A DNA stretch of 64,000 nt, from contig JBGFRR010000164.1 of assembly GCA_041695045.1 (NCBI GenBank), forward strand, positions 6,268 through 70,267, written 5' to 3'. The notes under the pieces are model-generated. The model was not told where the DNA came from. It was given only the letters and a program-made list of their open reading frames with translations, and did not search any database. The translations under genes were made by a program, and so were the position numbers. How positions within the stretch are numbered: the stretch's first letter is position 1; each line of letters begins with the position of its first letter. Positions 8,345 through 17,657 of this stretch are shown in pieces. The stretch comes from Bacteroidota bacterium. GTDB taxonomy: Bacteria > Bacteroidota > Ignavibacteria > UBA10030.

Positions 8345-10756
8345 ATGATACCCGCATGTCATCGCATCCCCTCTACGCTCCTCAGTTGTCTCGTTCTTAT
8401 CACTTTCACTTTCAATCGTCTTGCAGCGCAGGACGACGTAATGATGCAGGCGTTTTACTGGGATGTACCGGTAGATGTGACGAACAAAAATGGTTTTTGG
8501 TACGACTCGTTGAGAGTCAAGATTCCTTCCCTTAAAGCGGCAGGCTTCCGTGGGATCTGGACGCCCCCGCCAAGCAAAGGGAATTGGGGGGTCACCGATA
8601 TGGGATATGGCATCTTCGATCACTACGACCTGGGCAATTATAACCAGAAAGGAACTGTGGAGACACGGTTTGGATCAAGGACGGAACTTCTGAACCTTCT
8701 TTCAACGGCTCGTAGCACTGCGAATGGGCCGCGGATGGAAGTGTATGCAGACGTTATCTTGAATCATATTTATGCAAACCAAGATCAGAACCAAAACAAC
8801 CCCGCAGTGAAGCAGTATGTTTTTGACCAGGCCTTTCGGAACGGACGGCAGTACGTTCCCTATCCGACGAATGAGGTGTATTGGCGACTTCCCAATGCCA
8901 CACCAGGAGACTACTACATTCAGATCAAAGGATATTATCTCGACTGGAATGCAAGCCACACCCAGCGCGGGTACGACCTGTACATAAACTGGACGGGCGC
9001 GAATCCGGATCCAACGGTGTACTGGGAATCCGAGCCGAACAACGGCGGCGGCCAGTGGAATGCCTTTCCGGGATCGGGGAAAACTATCCGCGGTCATATG
9101 CAGTCATCGAGCGACATCGATGAGTTCAAGTTCACGCTCTCGGGCACCGCGACAGTGGAAATTCGCCTGACAGCGCGCAAAGAGGGTACAAACGCTCAGG
9201 GCCAATGGGAGTGGCAATGGGCCGACCAGACAAACGGCTACTATCCCGTGGCCTTGTGGTACAAGGGTACCAACCTTGCAAACACCTCACTTCAAGCGCG
9301 CACCTCGACGGGAATTACCTATGTCAATCATACAGGACCAGGCGAGCCGAATCATTCGTGGACGTACACCGATTTCCATCCCGTGGATAACTTCGATTGG
9401 TTAGGCGGTGCGGGATTTGAAGACGAGATTATCACCAACACGAAGTGGTTTGGGAACGATTTGAACACGTTCAGCACAACTGTCCAAAACAGGCTGATTG
9501 CATGGGGACAGTGGCTCTCCTCCAGCAACGTCGGGTTCGATGGATACCGTTTAGATTTCGTGCGGGGGTTCCAAGAGGAATTGGTGGCCAAATGGGTCTC
9601 GAATCTGCCTCGAAAATCGGATGGAAGCCAGCCATTCATCGTGGGTGAATATTGGACGAACCACAAGTACAGGCTCAGAAACTGGGTCAACAACGTCTGG
9701 AACAACTTTACCTTTAACGGGTTTCGTGCCGATGTGGATGTCTTTGATTTTCCTCTCCGAACCGATCTGGCTCGCATGGCGAACCTCAATGCCGTCGATT
9801 TCAACATGGCGTGGCTGAACAATTCCGGTATGGTGCGAGACAACACAGGTAATGCCCTCTCGGGAACTTCGGTGGTTACCTTCGTAGACAATCATGATAC
9901 GGGGAAAGAAAGCGACAAGTGGCTTTGGAGGGATTGGGATATGGCGTACGCTTACATTCTCTTCGCGGAGGGTCGGCCCTGCGTTTTCTATTCTCATTAT
10001 TACGGGGTTACCCAAGTCGATTATCGCAATCCGACAATCACCGTTACGCCTCCATCAAGTCTGCGAACCGAGATCAACAAGCTGATGCATGCACGGAGAA
10101 CCTATCTCGGGGGAACAATGACAGTCCTCAGCCAAGTCGGAAATCCTTGGCCATCTGGCGATACATGGAATGTCTACGTTGCACGCAGACAGGGCAATGG
10201 CACAAGATCCGGCGGCATTTTGGTGCTTAACAATAACGAAACGACGACAAAAGGGTTGTGGGTGGACCACGCTCCCTCCGGATGGCAAAGTTGGGCGGGT
10301 CAGACACTCGTGAACATCATGAACCCTTCCGAGACGACGGTGATTCAAGCGGATGGTCGTGTGAACGTCAGGGCACCGGCACGAGGATTTTCACTTTGGG
10401 TGCGACAGAGTGAATACGTCCCATTCTCGGGAAGGTTTGCAGTGGGCGAGGGCGAGTTTTCCCCGGAGCAGCCGAATATCCCAGCAACACCGAAAACATT
10501 CGAAGTGAAAAGCAATTACCCAAATCCTTTCAATCCGGCGACCAACATTTCCTTTGCCATACCGGAAGAAGGATTCGTCACTGTAACTGTGACGAACGTC
10601 CTTGGCCAAACGGTTGCAACGCTTCTCTCCCAGGTTATTCGCGCGGGAGAGCACACGGTCCAATGGGATGCGACGAACCTGCCGAGCGGTGTCTATCTTT
10701 ATAACGCCCAATACGGTCAAGTAGTGAAATCTGGTCGGATGGTCTTGATGAAGTGA
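8345..10756 (+). CDS. GH13 alpha-amylase (liquefying/GH13_5-like) with domain-B insertion and T9SS CTD
   Basis: VMMQAFYWD, MGYGIFDHYDLG, DVILNH, GFDGYRLD, VGEYW, FVDNHDT; CTD SNYPNPFNPAT. Confidence 0.92.
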   Translation: MIPACHRIPSTLLSCLVLITFTFNRLAAQDDVMMQAFYWDVPVDVTNKNGFWYDSLRVKIPSLKAAGFRGIWTPPPSKGNWGVTDMGYGIFDHYDLGNYNQKGTVETRFGSRTELLNLLSTARSTANGPRMEVYADVILNHIYANQDQNQNNPAVKQYVFDQAFRNGRQYVPYPTNEVYWRLPNATPGDYYIQIKGYYLDWNASHTQRGYDLYINWTGANPDPTVYWESEPNNGGGQWNAFPGSGKTIRGHMQSSSDIDEFKFTLSGTATVEIRLTARKEGTNAQGQWEWQWADQTNGYYPVALWYKGTNLANTSLQARTSTGITYVNHTGPGEPNHSWTYTDFHPVDNFDWLGGAGFEDEIITNTKWFGNDLNTFSTTVQNRLIAWGQWLSSSNVGFDGYRLDFVRGFQEELVAKWVSNLPRKSDGSQPFIVGEYWTNHKYRLRNWVNNVWNNFTFNGFRADVDVFDFPLRTDLARMANLNAVDFNMAWLNNSGMVRDNTGNALSGTSVVTFVDNHDTGKESDKWLWRDWDMAYAYILFAEGRPCVFYSHYYGVTQVDYRNPTITVTPPSSLRTEINKLMHARRTYLGGTMTVLSQVGNPWPSGDTWNVYVARRQGNGTRSGGILVLNNNETTTKGLWVDHAPSGWQSWAGQTLVNIMNPSETTVIQADGRVNVRAPARGFSLWVRQSEYVPFSGRFAVGEGEFSPEQPNIPATPKTFEVKSNYPNPFNPATNISFAIPEEGFVTVTVTNVLGQTVATLLSQVIRAGEHTVQWDATNLPSGVYLYNAQYGQVVKSGRMVLMK

Positions 10757-10860
10757 TTCGTTTGACAAGGCGGTCTCGTTCCGTCCCGACCTTGTCGGGA
10801 GGGGGACGGGATCGCCTTGCCGCGAATAGAAAAGAACCAGAAGATTTTTTGAGGAGTGAG

Positions 10861-13851
10861 ATGAAGTTGTTTCGCTCGGTTGGTATTGCGGCCCTCTTGT
10901 TTCTCGCTTTACCGGACGTTTTCTTGGCGCAAGACAGCGTTGGCGTGACGTTTCGGTACTCAGCTCCAGCCTCAACGGTCGGACTCGAAGTGCGTGGCGA
11001 GGCCGATAACTGGCAGAACCCGCCGGCGTGGTTCATGACGTATGCAGGCAACAATCTCTGGACCTACACGGCGCGGTTGAGAGTGGGGGGACATGTGGGC
11101 GGCAGAATCCCCGGCGCATATCAGTACAAGTTCTACCACAGTGGAATCGGCGGTGGGCCCTGGCCGAACGATCCGCTGAATCATCACGTCAACACAGCCG
11201 ACCATGATAACTCGATTCTCTACGTGAAGCACCCAACCATCTACCATTTCCTTCCAAACCAGCGGACAGGCATTGTACGAGAAGAGAAACCTGAAATCTC
11301 TGCCTTTCTTTTCCCAAAAGTTGGTTCAGCGGTAGACACGTCGTCGATATCGCTGAGGGTGGGAGACAGGACCTACTCAAACCTCGGCGCGTACTATAAT
11401 CCTACCACGAAGCAGCTTCGGTTCCGACTCCCCGATCCACTTGCGAATGGAATCCATACGGTTCGGTTACAGGCCGGCACCACGATCGATAGTGTGACGA
11501 TTACCGTTCAGGCAGGGTTTGTGCAGATCACCAACCGTGGCAACTTCACGACGAGGAATCCACAGCGAACGCTGTACGGAATTGTCCAGGACACGTCGCT
11601 CAACGATGTGAAGATTATCCGCAACGACCTTGACACGCTCATCACACGCGCGACAGGCGGCCGATTTCGAGTGGTGGGTAGTCTGAAGGAGGGACTCAAT
11701 ACGTTCAAGGCCATCGTACGCGATAGTACCGGTCTGCTCAGGCAATCACAGCCTGTAACGTTCACCTACGTTGTCAACCACACCCCGACGGCGCGCATTG
11801 CGTTTGAAGCTTCCAGCTCGCAGATTGTTCTCAGCGCCGCCCAGAGTACCGACCCTGACTCTGGACAAACCGGCCTGCTGACATTTCAATGGTCCGTCGA
11901 TCCAGCAAACCCTCAACCGATACCCGGCGTCGCTTCGAGTACCAACCCTACCATCACCATCACGAAACCGACCACGCCGGGGGAGTATTTTTTCGGTCTC
12001 ATCGCAAGCGATCCGGACGGGAACAGGGACACCACGCGGAACTACTTCACAATCCTGAAGGATGGCTCCTTCCAAAACACGACGCTGGCAACCGTACCGC
12101 AATGGGTGAAAAAGGGACGGGTGTACGAGCTCTTTTTCAAGTCGCTTACGCCAGAAGGGACCATTAACGCTGCGCTTCCATTTCTTCCTTACTTCAAAAG
12201 TTTGGGCGTGAACATCCTCTGGGTGATGCCCGTGATGGAAAACGCCTTTCCTATGAATAACACTGTTGGAACAGGCTACAATATCAAAAACTTCTACAAG
12301 GTTGCTCCGGAATACGGGACGAACGAGGACTTCAAGAATTTTGTCCGCCAAGCGCATCAGCACGGATTGAAGGTGATTTTAGATGTGACACCGAACCATA
12401 CAAGCTTTGCCCATCCGTTCGTGCAAGAGGGTCGGATCTTCCGTGAGGATTCACCGTACTGGGATTTCTATCAGCATACCATCATTCCTCATTTTGATGC
12501 CCACGTCGGGGGACAGCGTCTAACAACAGATGGATACGTCTACTACCGCGATTTCTCCGAGCAGCTCCTCAACTATAACTGGTCCGACATCGACGCTCAT
12601 CACTACATGACGGAAGTCTACAAATCATGGATCAAAGAATTCAACCTTGACGGCTATCGCTACGATGTCTACTGGGGGCCGCGGCGACGGTACGGGGAAC
12701 AGACTGTCGGGGCGGCTTTGCGCAGAGCATTACGGCACATCAAGCCCGATATTTTCTTGCTCGCTGAGGACGACGGGACAGGGCCAGGCACGGAAGTGAT
12801 CTACGCAGATCATCATGGGGGTGCTGATTCAGGATATGATTGGAACCTCTACTGGGGAGGGATAAAACCATTTTACTCACGATCGCCTGACAACTTCCAC
12901 AATCTTGTGCACAACGCAGGCTACTATCCCGGACCCAATTCTTCCTTTCTCCGGTTCATGGAGAATCACGATGAGGACAGGATCGCTCATGTCTATGGTT
13001 CCTATAAACTTACCATGCCCGTTGCAACTGTTCTCTTCACGGTTCCGGGCATTCCGATGATCTACTCCGGGCAGGAGGTGGGGTTCGGATTGGGCATCCG
13101 CGACTACGACCAGAGACGGCGTGGAGTGATTACCTGGAATACCCCCGGCAGGCCGCTGTTGACTCCTCATTATCAAAAGCTCGCTCATCTGCGCGGCCAG
13201 TTTCCCGCGTTTTCAACTCAGCAACTGTGGCGATTCACGTCTGTGCCGACCGGCGTCTATGCGTTTGCTCGCCCCTATCCGCGTGAGAATGGCGTTGTCG
13301 CTGTCAATGTGACGTTCAACGAACGCCAGGTCAATCTCACCCTGGACGGATCGGTCCTCGCAGCTCCGATTACTAGCGGCTCGGTCGCCTATGCGAATGA
13401 TATCTACAACGACACAACGTATCACCTTTCCTTCGTCAATGGGAGCGCGACACTCGCGTTCCGATTGAAGCCGTTCGGGAGCGCGGTGTTTGTTATTTCC
13501 GATACACTCAAGCGCCTCAACCTGCCTGTGCTGGTGTCGGTAGAAGAGAATGAGACTAGAGATCACCTGCCCAATGAATTTCACTTGCATCAGAATTACC
13601 CGAATCCCTTTAACCCAAGTACCACCATTCGGTATGATGTTCCGATCCGTTCCCACATTCAATTGGCGATCTATAATATCCTTGGGCAGAAAGTTGCCGC
13701 CGTCGCAGATGCGCCCCATGAGGCAGGAACATACTCCATCCCATGGAACGGGCTGACTGACGCGGGAATCCAGGCACCATCGGGTCTCTACGTCGTGCGA
13801 TTGACTGCCGGCGATTACGTCACAACAAGACGGATGATTCTTCTTCGATGA
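10861..13851 (+). CDS. Multidomain GH13 alpha-amylase family protein (N-terminal E-set/CBM48-like, Ig/PKD-like domains) with T9SS CTD
   Basis: GAGGAG RBS before ATG 10861; LDVTPNH, DGYRYD, LAEDD, MENHDE, PGIPMIYSGQE; CTD QNYPNPFNPST. Confidence 0.9.
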   Translation: MKLFRSVGIAALLFLALPDVFLAQDSVGVTFRYSAPASTVGLEVRGEADNWQNPPAWFMTYAGNNLWTYTARLRVGGHVGGRIPGAYQYKFYHSGIGGGPWPNDPLNHHVNTADHDNSILYVKHPTIYHFLPNQRTGIVREEKPEISAFLFPKVGSAVDTSSISLRVGDRTYSNLGAYYNPTTKQLRFRLPDPLANGIHTVRLQAGTTIDSVTITVQAGFVQITNRGNFTTRNPQRTLYGIVQDTSLNDVKIIRNDLDTLITRATGGRFRVVGSLKEGLNTFKAIVRDSTGLLRQSQPVTFTYVVNHTPTARIAFEASSSQIVLSAAQSTDPDSGQTGLLTFQWSVDPANPQPIPGVASSTNPTITITKPTTPGEYFFGLIASDPDGNRDTTRNYFTILKDGSFQNTTLATVPQWVKKGRVYELFFKSLTPEGTINAALPFLPYFKSLGVNILWVMPVMENAFPMNNTVGTGYNIKNFYKVAPEYGTNEDFKNFVRQAHQHGLKVILDVTPNHTSFAHPFVQEGRIFREDSPYWDFYQHTIIPHFDAHVGGQRLTTDGYVYYRDFSEQLLNYNWSDIDAHHYMTEVYKSWIKEFNLDGYRYDVYWGPRRRYGEQTVGAALRRALRHIKPDIFLLAEDDGTGPGTEVIYADHHGGADSGYDWNLYWGGIKPFYSRSPDNFHNLVHNAGYYPGPNSSFLRFMENHDEDRIAHVYGSYKLTMPVATVLFTVPGIPMIYSGQEVGFGLGIRDYDQRRRGVITWNTPGRPLLTPHYQKLAHLRGQFPAFSTQQLWRFTSVPTGVYAFARPYPRENGVVAVNVTFNERQVNLTLDGSVLAAPITSGSVAYANDIYNDTTYHLSFVNGSATLAFRLKPFGSAVFVISDTLKRLNLPVLVSVEENETRDHLPNEFHLHQNYPNPFNPSTTIRYDVPIRSHIQLAIYNILGQKVAAVADAPHEAGTYSIPWNGLTDAGIQAPSGLYVVRLTAGDYVTTRRMILLR

Positions 13852-15131
13852 AACCTGAATTACGCCAGCTCAAGACAATCGCACATCGCCCTTCCGTTAT
13901 CGGGTGGGCACTGCTGACGGTGTTGCTCGTTGTGGTGTTCGAAGGATGCTCGACGGAGCAGAGCACCGCAAGCCGTGTACTCATCTGGCATCAGATGCTG
14001 CCGGATGAACGAGTCATCCTTCAGCGACAGATTCGCCGGTATATGGAGCGTCATCCGGGGGTACGGGTGGAGGAACTATATAGGGAGACGGAAGACCTTC
14101 GAAGTGGCTTTGTTATTGCAACGCTTGCAGGACAGGGGCCCGATTTGGTTTATGGGCCTTCCGACCCCGTCGGTATTTATGAGGCGACCAAGACTATTCG
14201 GCCGTTAGAATCGTTGCTGCCTCCAGGATTCATCGCTCAGTTCGATTCGAGCGGGCTGTTGTGGTATCGAGGCCACCTCTATCAGGTCGCCGACAAAATT
14301 GGAAATCATCTGGCACTCGTGTATAACAAGCGGTATATTCAACGGCCGCCGGAGACAGACCGCGAGCTTCTCGAACTGGCGCACGCCATTCAAAATAAAT
14401 ATGGATTTACTGCGGGTCGGCCCAAAGTCTACGGTCTCGCGTGGAATTATATCGAACCGTTTTTCTTTATTCCGTTTTTAACCGGCTTTGGTGGATGGGT
14501 GTTCGCAGAGGATGGAGTGACGCCAACGCTCGATACACCAGAGATGGTCGCAGCGTTGCGGTTTGTCCGTCGGTTGAGGGATGAGCACAAGATTGTTCCC
14601 AAAGACGCCGACTACAATGTTGCCGATGCATTGTTCAAAGATGGCAAGTCCGCTATGCTCATCAACGGCGACTGGGCCTGGGCAGGGTATCGGCAGCAGG
14701 GGGTGAACATTGGTGTTGCACCGCTGCCAAAGATCGTTGAAACGGGACTGTGGTGTGCTCCGATGACCTCTCCGAAAGGATATTCGTTGAACGTGAATGT
14801 GGCCGAGGAAAAAATTCCTCTCGTACTCGATGTGTTGAAATTTCTCGTGTCCGAGGAGAGCCAACTGGAGTACATCCGGGAGTTGGGTACCGCGCCCACC
14901 CTTCGGTCTCTCGCAACCCATCCGCTGGTGACGTCGGATGAAATCATGCAAAACTCTCTGCGCCAAATTGAACGGGGGAGACCGATGCCCACCGTGCCCG
15001 AGATGCGTGCGGTGTGGGATGCTATGCGGCCCGGTTATCAAGCTGTGATGCGCGGTTTCATGAGTCCAGAAGACGCCGCCCGAGCGATGCAGCAACTCGC
15101 TGTGAGAAAAATCCGAGATATGAAGGAGTAA
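13848..15131 (+). CDS. malE: Maltose/maltodextrin ABC transporter substrate-binding lipoprotein
   Basis: Lipobox FEGC; GPDL, ALVYNK, FKDGKSAMLINGDW, PMPTVPEMRAVW (MalE-like). Confidence 0.88.
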   Translation: MKPELRQLKTIAHRPSVIGWALLTVLLVVVFEGCSTEQSTASRVLIWHQMLPDERVILQRQIRRYMERHPGVRVEELYRETEDLRSGFVIATLAGQGPDLVYGPSDPVGIYEATKTIRPLESLLPPGFIAQFDSSGLLWYRGHLYQVADKIGNHLALVYNKRYIQRPPETDRELLELAHAIQNKYGFTAGRPKVYGLAWNYIEPFFFIPFLTGFGGWVFAEDGVTPTLDTPEMVAALRFVRRLRDEHKIVPKDADYNVADALFKDGKSAMLINGDWAWAGYRQQGVNIGVAPLPKIVETGLWCAPMTSPKGYSLNVNVAEEKIPLVLDVLKFLVSEESQLEYIRELGTAPTLRSLATHPLVTSDEIMQNSLRQIERGRPMPTVPEMRAVWDAMRPGYQAVMRGFMSPEDAARAMQQLAVRKIRDMKE

Positions 15132-15176
15132 CCATTGAACGTCTGAGAACCGACAACACGAATTTTTTTGTTTGTT

Positions 15177-15354
15177 CTCGTTCCGACGGTCCATGTTTTG
15201 TGTTCGCCTCTTGAATCCCGCTTGCTTTTGAGCGGGATGTCCCGCTCCGCCTATGGCGGATTGGGCGGGATGCGTCGGAACAGCTTGTGGACGCTCCGGC
15301 ATCCGAGCCCGCAGAGCGACCGACATGCGCTCCGACGGAGACCGTCGGAGCGAG
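15177..15354. repeat. REPIN-like composite palindrome between malE and malF
   Basis: Ends CTCGTTCCGACGGTC / GACCGTCGGAGCGAG (14/15 inverted match) with nested inner hairpins ATCCCGCT..AGCGGGAT and TCCGCC..GGCGGA. Confidence 0.7.
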
Positions 15355-15397
15355 AAAAAGCATAGCGACTCATTCTATCACAACGATCAACCCGCAC

Positions 15398-16282
15398 GTG
15401 ACCAAGCGTCTCTTCATAGCGTTTCTCGTCCTTCCATCATTACTTGTCATTGCCGCGCTTGTCTTCTATCCGCTCGCCTACAACGCCGTGCTCTCGTTGG
15501 GCAACATGAATCTGATGAATATTCGGGACTGGAGCATCATCGGACTTCGGCAGTTCGTCAAAATCTTCACAGAACCATCCCAACCGGACCTGTACGTTGT
15601 GTTCTGGAAGACGATTGTCTGGACTGTCGTCAATGTTGTGTTCCATGTCCTCATCGGCGTTACGCTTGCGTTGCTGTTGAATCAGCATCTCCGCGGACGC
15701 TCCATCTACCGGATGCTGCTTATTCTCCCATGGGCTATTCCCCAGTACATCGTGGCGCTCACCTGGCGCGGCATGTTCAACTACGAGTACGGCGCCATCA
15801 ATCTTCTCTTAACAAAGGTGTTGAACGTCGCTCCGGTGGAATGGCTGGGAAATGCGACCAATGCGTTCATCGCTTGCATTATTACCAACGTCTGGCTCGG
15901 GTTCCCGTTCATGATGGTGGTGGCGCTCGGTGCGCTCCAAAGTATCCCGCTCGAGTTGTATGAGGCAGCCGCAATCGATGGCGCACGATGGTACCACAAA
16001 CTCACGCGCATTACACTTCCGCTCATTAAACCCGTGATGGTCCCGGCAATCACCCTCGGCGTCATCTGGACATTTAACAACCTGAATATCGTCTGGCTGG
16101 TCAGCAACATGGGCGAGCCGTCGGACAATACGCATATTCTGGTGTCGTTCGTCTATAAGGCCGCCTTCAATTTTTATAGCTTTAGCTACGCCGCTGCATT
16201 GTCGATGGTTATTTTTGTCATCCTTCTGGTCTTTAGCCTGATGTTCATGCACCGCATGCGCGCGACACAAGCTGTTTACTGA
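15398..16282 (+). CDS. malF: Sugar ABC transporter permease (MalF-like)
   Basis: EAA loop LYEAAAIDGA; ILPWAIP, WLGFPFMM. GTG 15398 chosen as start because the upstream ORF extension lies in a repeat. Confidence 0.9.
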   Translation: MTKRLFIAFLVLPSLLVIAALVFYPLAYNAVLSLGNMNLMNIRDWSIIGLRQFVKIFTEPSQPDLYVVFWKTIVWTVVNVVFHVLIGVTLALLLNQHLRGRSIYRMLLILPWAIPQYIVALTWRGMFNYEYGAINLLLTKVLNVAPVEWLGNATNAFIACIITNVWLGFPFMMVVALGALQSIPLELYEAAAIDGARWYHKLTRITLPLIKPVMVPAITLGVIWTFNNLNIVWLVSNMGEPSDNTHILVSFVYKAAFNFYSFSYAAALSMVIFVILLVFSLMFMHRMRATQAVY

Positions 16283-16800
16283 CAAGCTGTTGAAAAAGGA
16301 AAATTTTTTTGGTGGGTCAGAAATTCGAAGTTGACGTAGGCGCTCTGCGTCCGCTTAACGTTCCCGCGCCCCGCCAAAGAGCGACGGGGTAAACGGAGCG
16401 TGGGAACGAGCAGGAAGGGGAGAACAGAAGATTTCTTTGTAATTACTCACCAAAGGAAAACCGCAAAGACGCGAAGGACACGAAGAAAGCAAGAGCTTTA
16501 TGCACTTTTATAGCTGCATCAACAACCCCGCTTTGCGGGGCGCAATCTCTGTCAATGTCTTTCGTCTCTTTCATAACCCTTTTTCCCTTTGCGTTCTTTG
16601 CGCCTTCGCGGTTTGCTTTTCAAGGTATCACCGGCAGAAGAGACGGAGCAGTTACATTTCTTTTCAAAATCTAATCTGTGAATCCCTGCCTGCTATTCCG
16701 CTCTTTGAATCCCGCTCGTGAGCGGAATCCCGGAAAGCGGGACAGGCAGGTGTGGTTTGATTTTTTCACTGAGGAGTTCCATAGTTTTTTAACACCTGCT
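16283..16800. mobile_element. Composite nested miniature elements between malF and malG
   Basis: Outer imperfect IR (CTGTTGAAAAA / TTTTTTAACAC); a REP (CGTTCCCGCG..GGAGCGTGGGAACGAG); 16415-16780 shares sequence with 22925-23159. Confidence 0.6.
16439..16655. mobile_element. MITE with GTAAT/GTAAC-type termini and 8-bp target duplication
   Basis: Ends GTAATTACTC / GAGCAGTTAC; direct repeat ATTTCTTT at 16431-16438 and 16656-16663; empty site present in the homologous sequence at about 22941. Confidence 0.8.
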
Positions 16801-16811
16801 AAGAAAGTTCC

Positions 16812-17657
16812 ATGCCGGTCCAAACGAAACGAACAACCATACTTCTCCGGCTCGTGAGCTACGGAGTTCTCACAGCCTTTACGCTGATCGCTCTGTTCCC
16901 CATCTGGCAGGTGGTCAACATTTCGCTTCGTCCGGGTGATCAACTTCTCTCGACGTCGTTGGAATTGATTCCAGAATCGGCAACGCTCAGCAACTACAGA
17001 ACGTTGTTCACCGAGCGTGACTTTCTTACCTGGATCGGGAACAGCATGCTCGTGGCGCTGAGTGTCACCGTCACGGGGGTTGGGCTTGCCTCGACGGCGG
17101 GGTACGGATTCTCGCGATTCCGTTTTTTCGGCAAGAACGTAGGGCTGATGACGCTGCTCACCACACAAATGTTTCCCGCGACAATGCTTTTGCTTCCCCT
17201 CTACATCATGCTCATTCATCTCGGCCTCATCAACACGTACCTTGGCATTGTCATCGTCTACTCAGCGACGGCGTTGCCGTTCTGCATCTGGACGATGAAA
17301 GGGTATTACGACACCATCCCGACGAGTCTTGAAGAAGCCGCCCTGATCGATGGATGCTCTCGCTTGTCGGCATTCTACCGGGTCGTGTTGCCGCTTGCTA
17401 CGCCTGCTCTTGTCATCACGGCGCTCTTTTCGTTTATGACGGCGTGGTCGGAATATGTCGTCGCTGCACAAATCCTCCAAGATACCTCGCTCTGGACGCT
17501 CCCGCTCGGACTGAAATCGTTCGAGGCAAGCATGAGCACGGAGTGGGGCCTGTACGGCGCCGGGTCGATGATTGTGATGGTGCCGGTTGTTCTCTTGTTC
17601 CTGCTCTTAAGTCGGTGGTTGGTGTCGGGATTAACACTCGGGAGTGTCAAAGGATGA
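16812..17657 (+). CDS. malG: Sugar ABC transporter permease (MalG-like)
   Basis: TQMFPATM, KGYYDTIPTSLEEAALIDG, GLTLGSVKG C-terminus. Confidence 0.92.
   Translation: MPVQTKRTTILLRLVSYGVLTAFTLIALFPIWQVVNISLRPGDQLLSTSLELIPESATLSNYRTLFTERDFLTWIGNSMLVALSVTVTGVGLASTAGYGFSRFRFFGKNVGLMTLLTTQMFPATMLLLPLYIMLIHLGLINTYLGIVIVYSATALPFCIWTMKGYYDTIPTSLEEAALIDGCSRLSAFYRVVLPLATPALVITALFSFMTAWSEYVVAAQILQDTSLWTLPLGLKSFEASMSTEWGLYGAGSMIVMVPVVLLFLLLSRWLVSGLTLGSVKG

Noticed and set aside
15132-16811. CRISPR array or riboswitch in the long intergenic regions
   Set aside because: No regularly spaced direct repeats and no aptamer consensus recognised; the structure is explained by REP/MITE palindromes.
17354-17653. 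N-terminal extensions of track ORFs (17354, 10753, 15287, 43557, 27828, 63900)
   Set aside because: They overlap neighbouring genes or repeats; downstream starts have RBS/signal peptides and match family N-termini.
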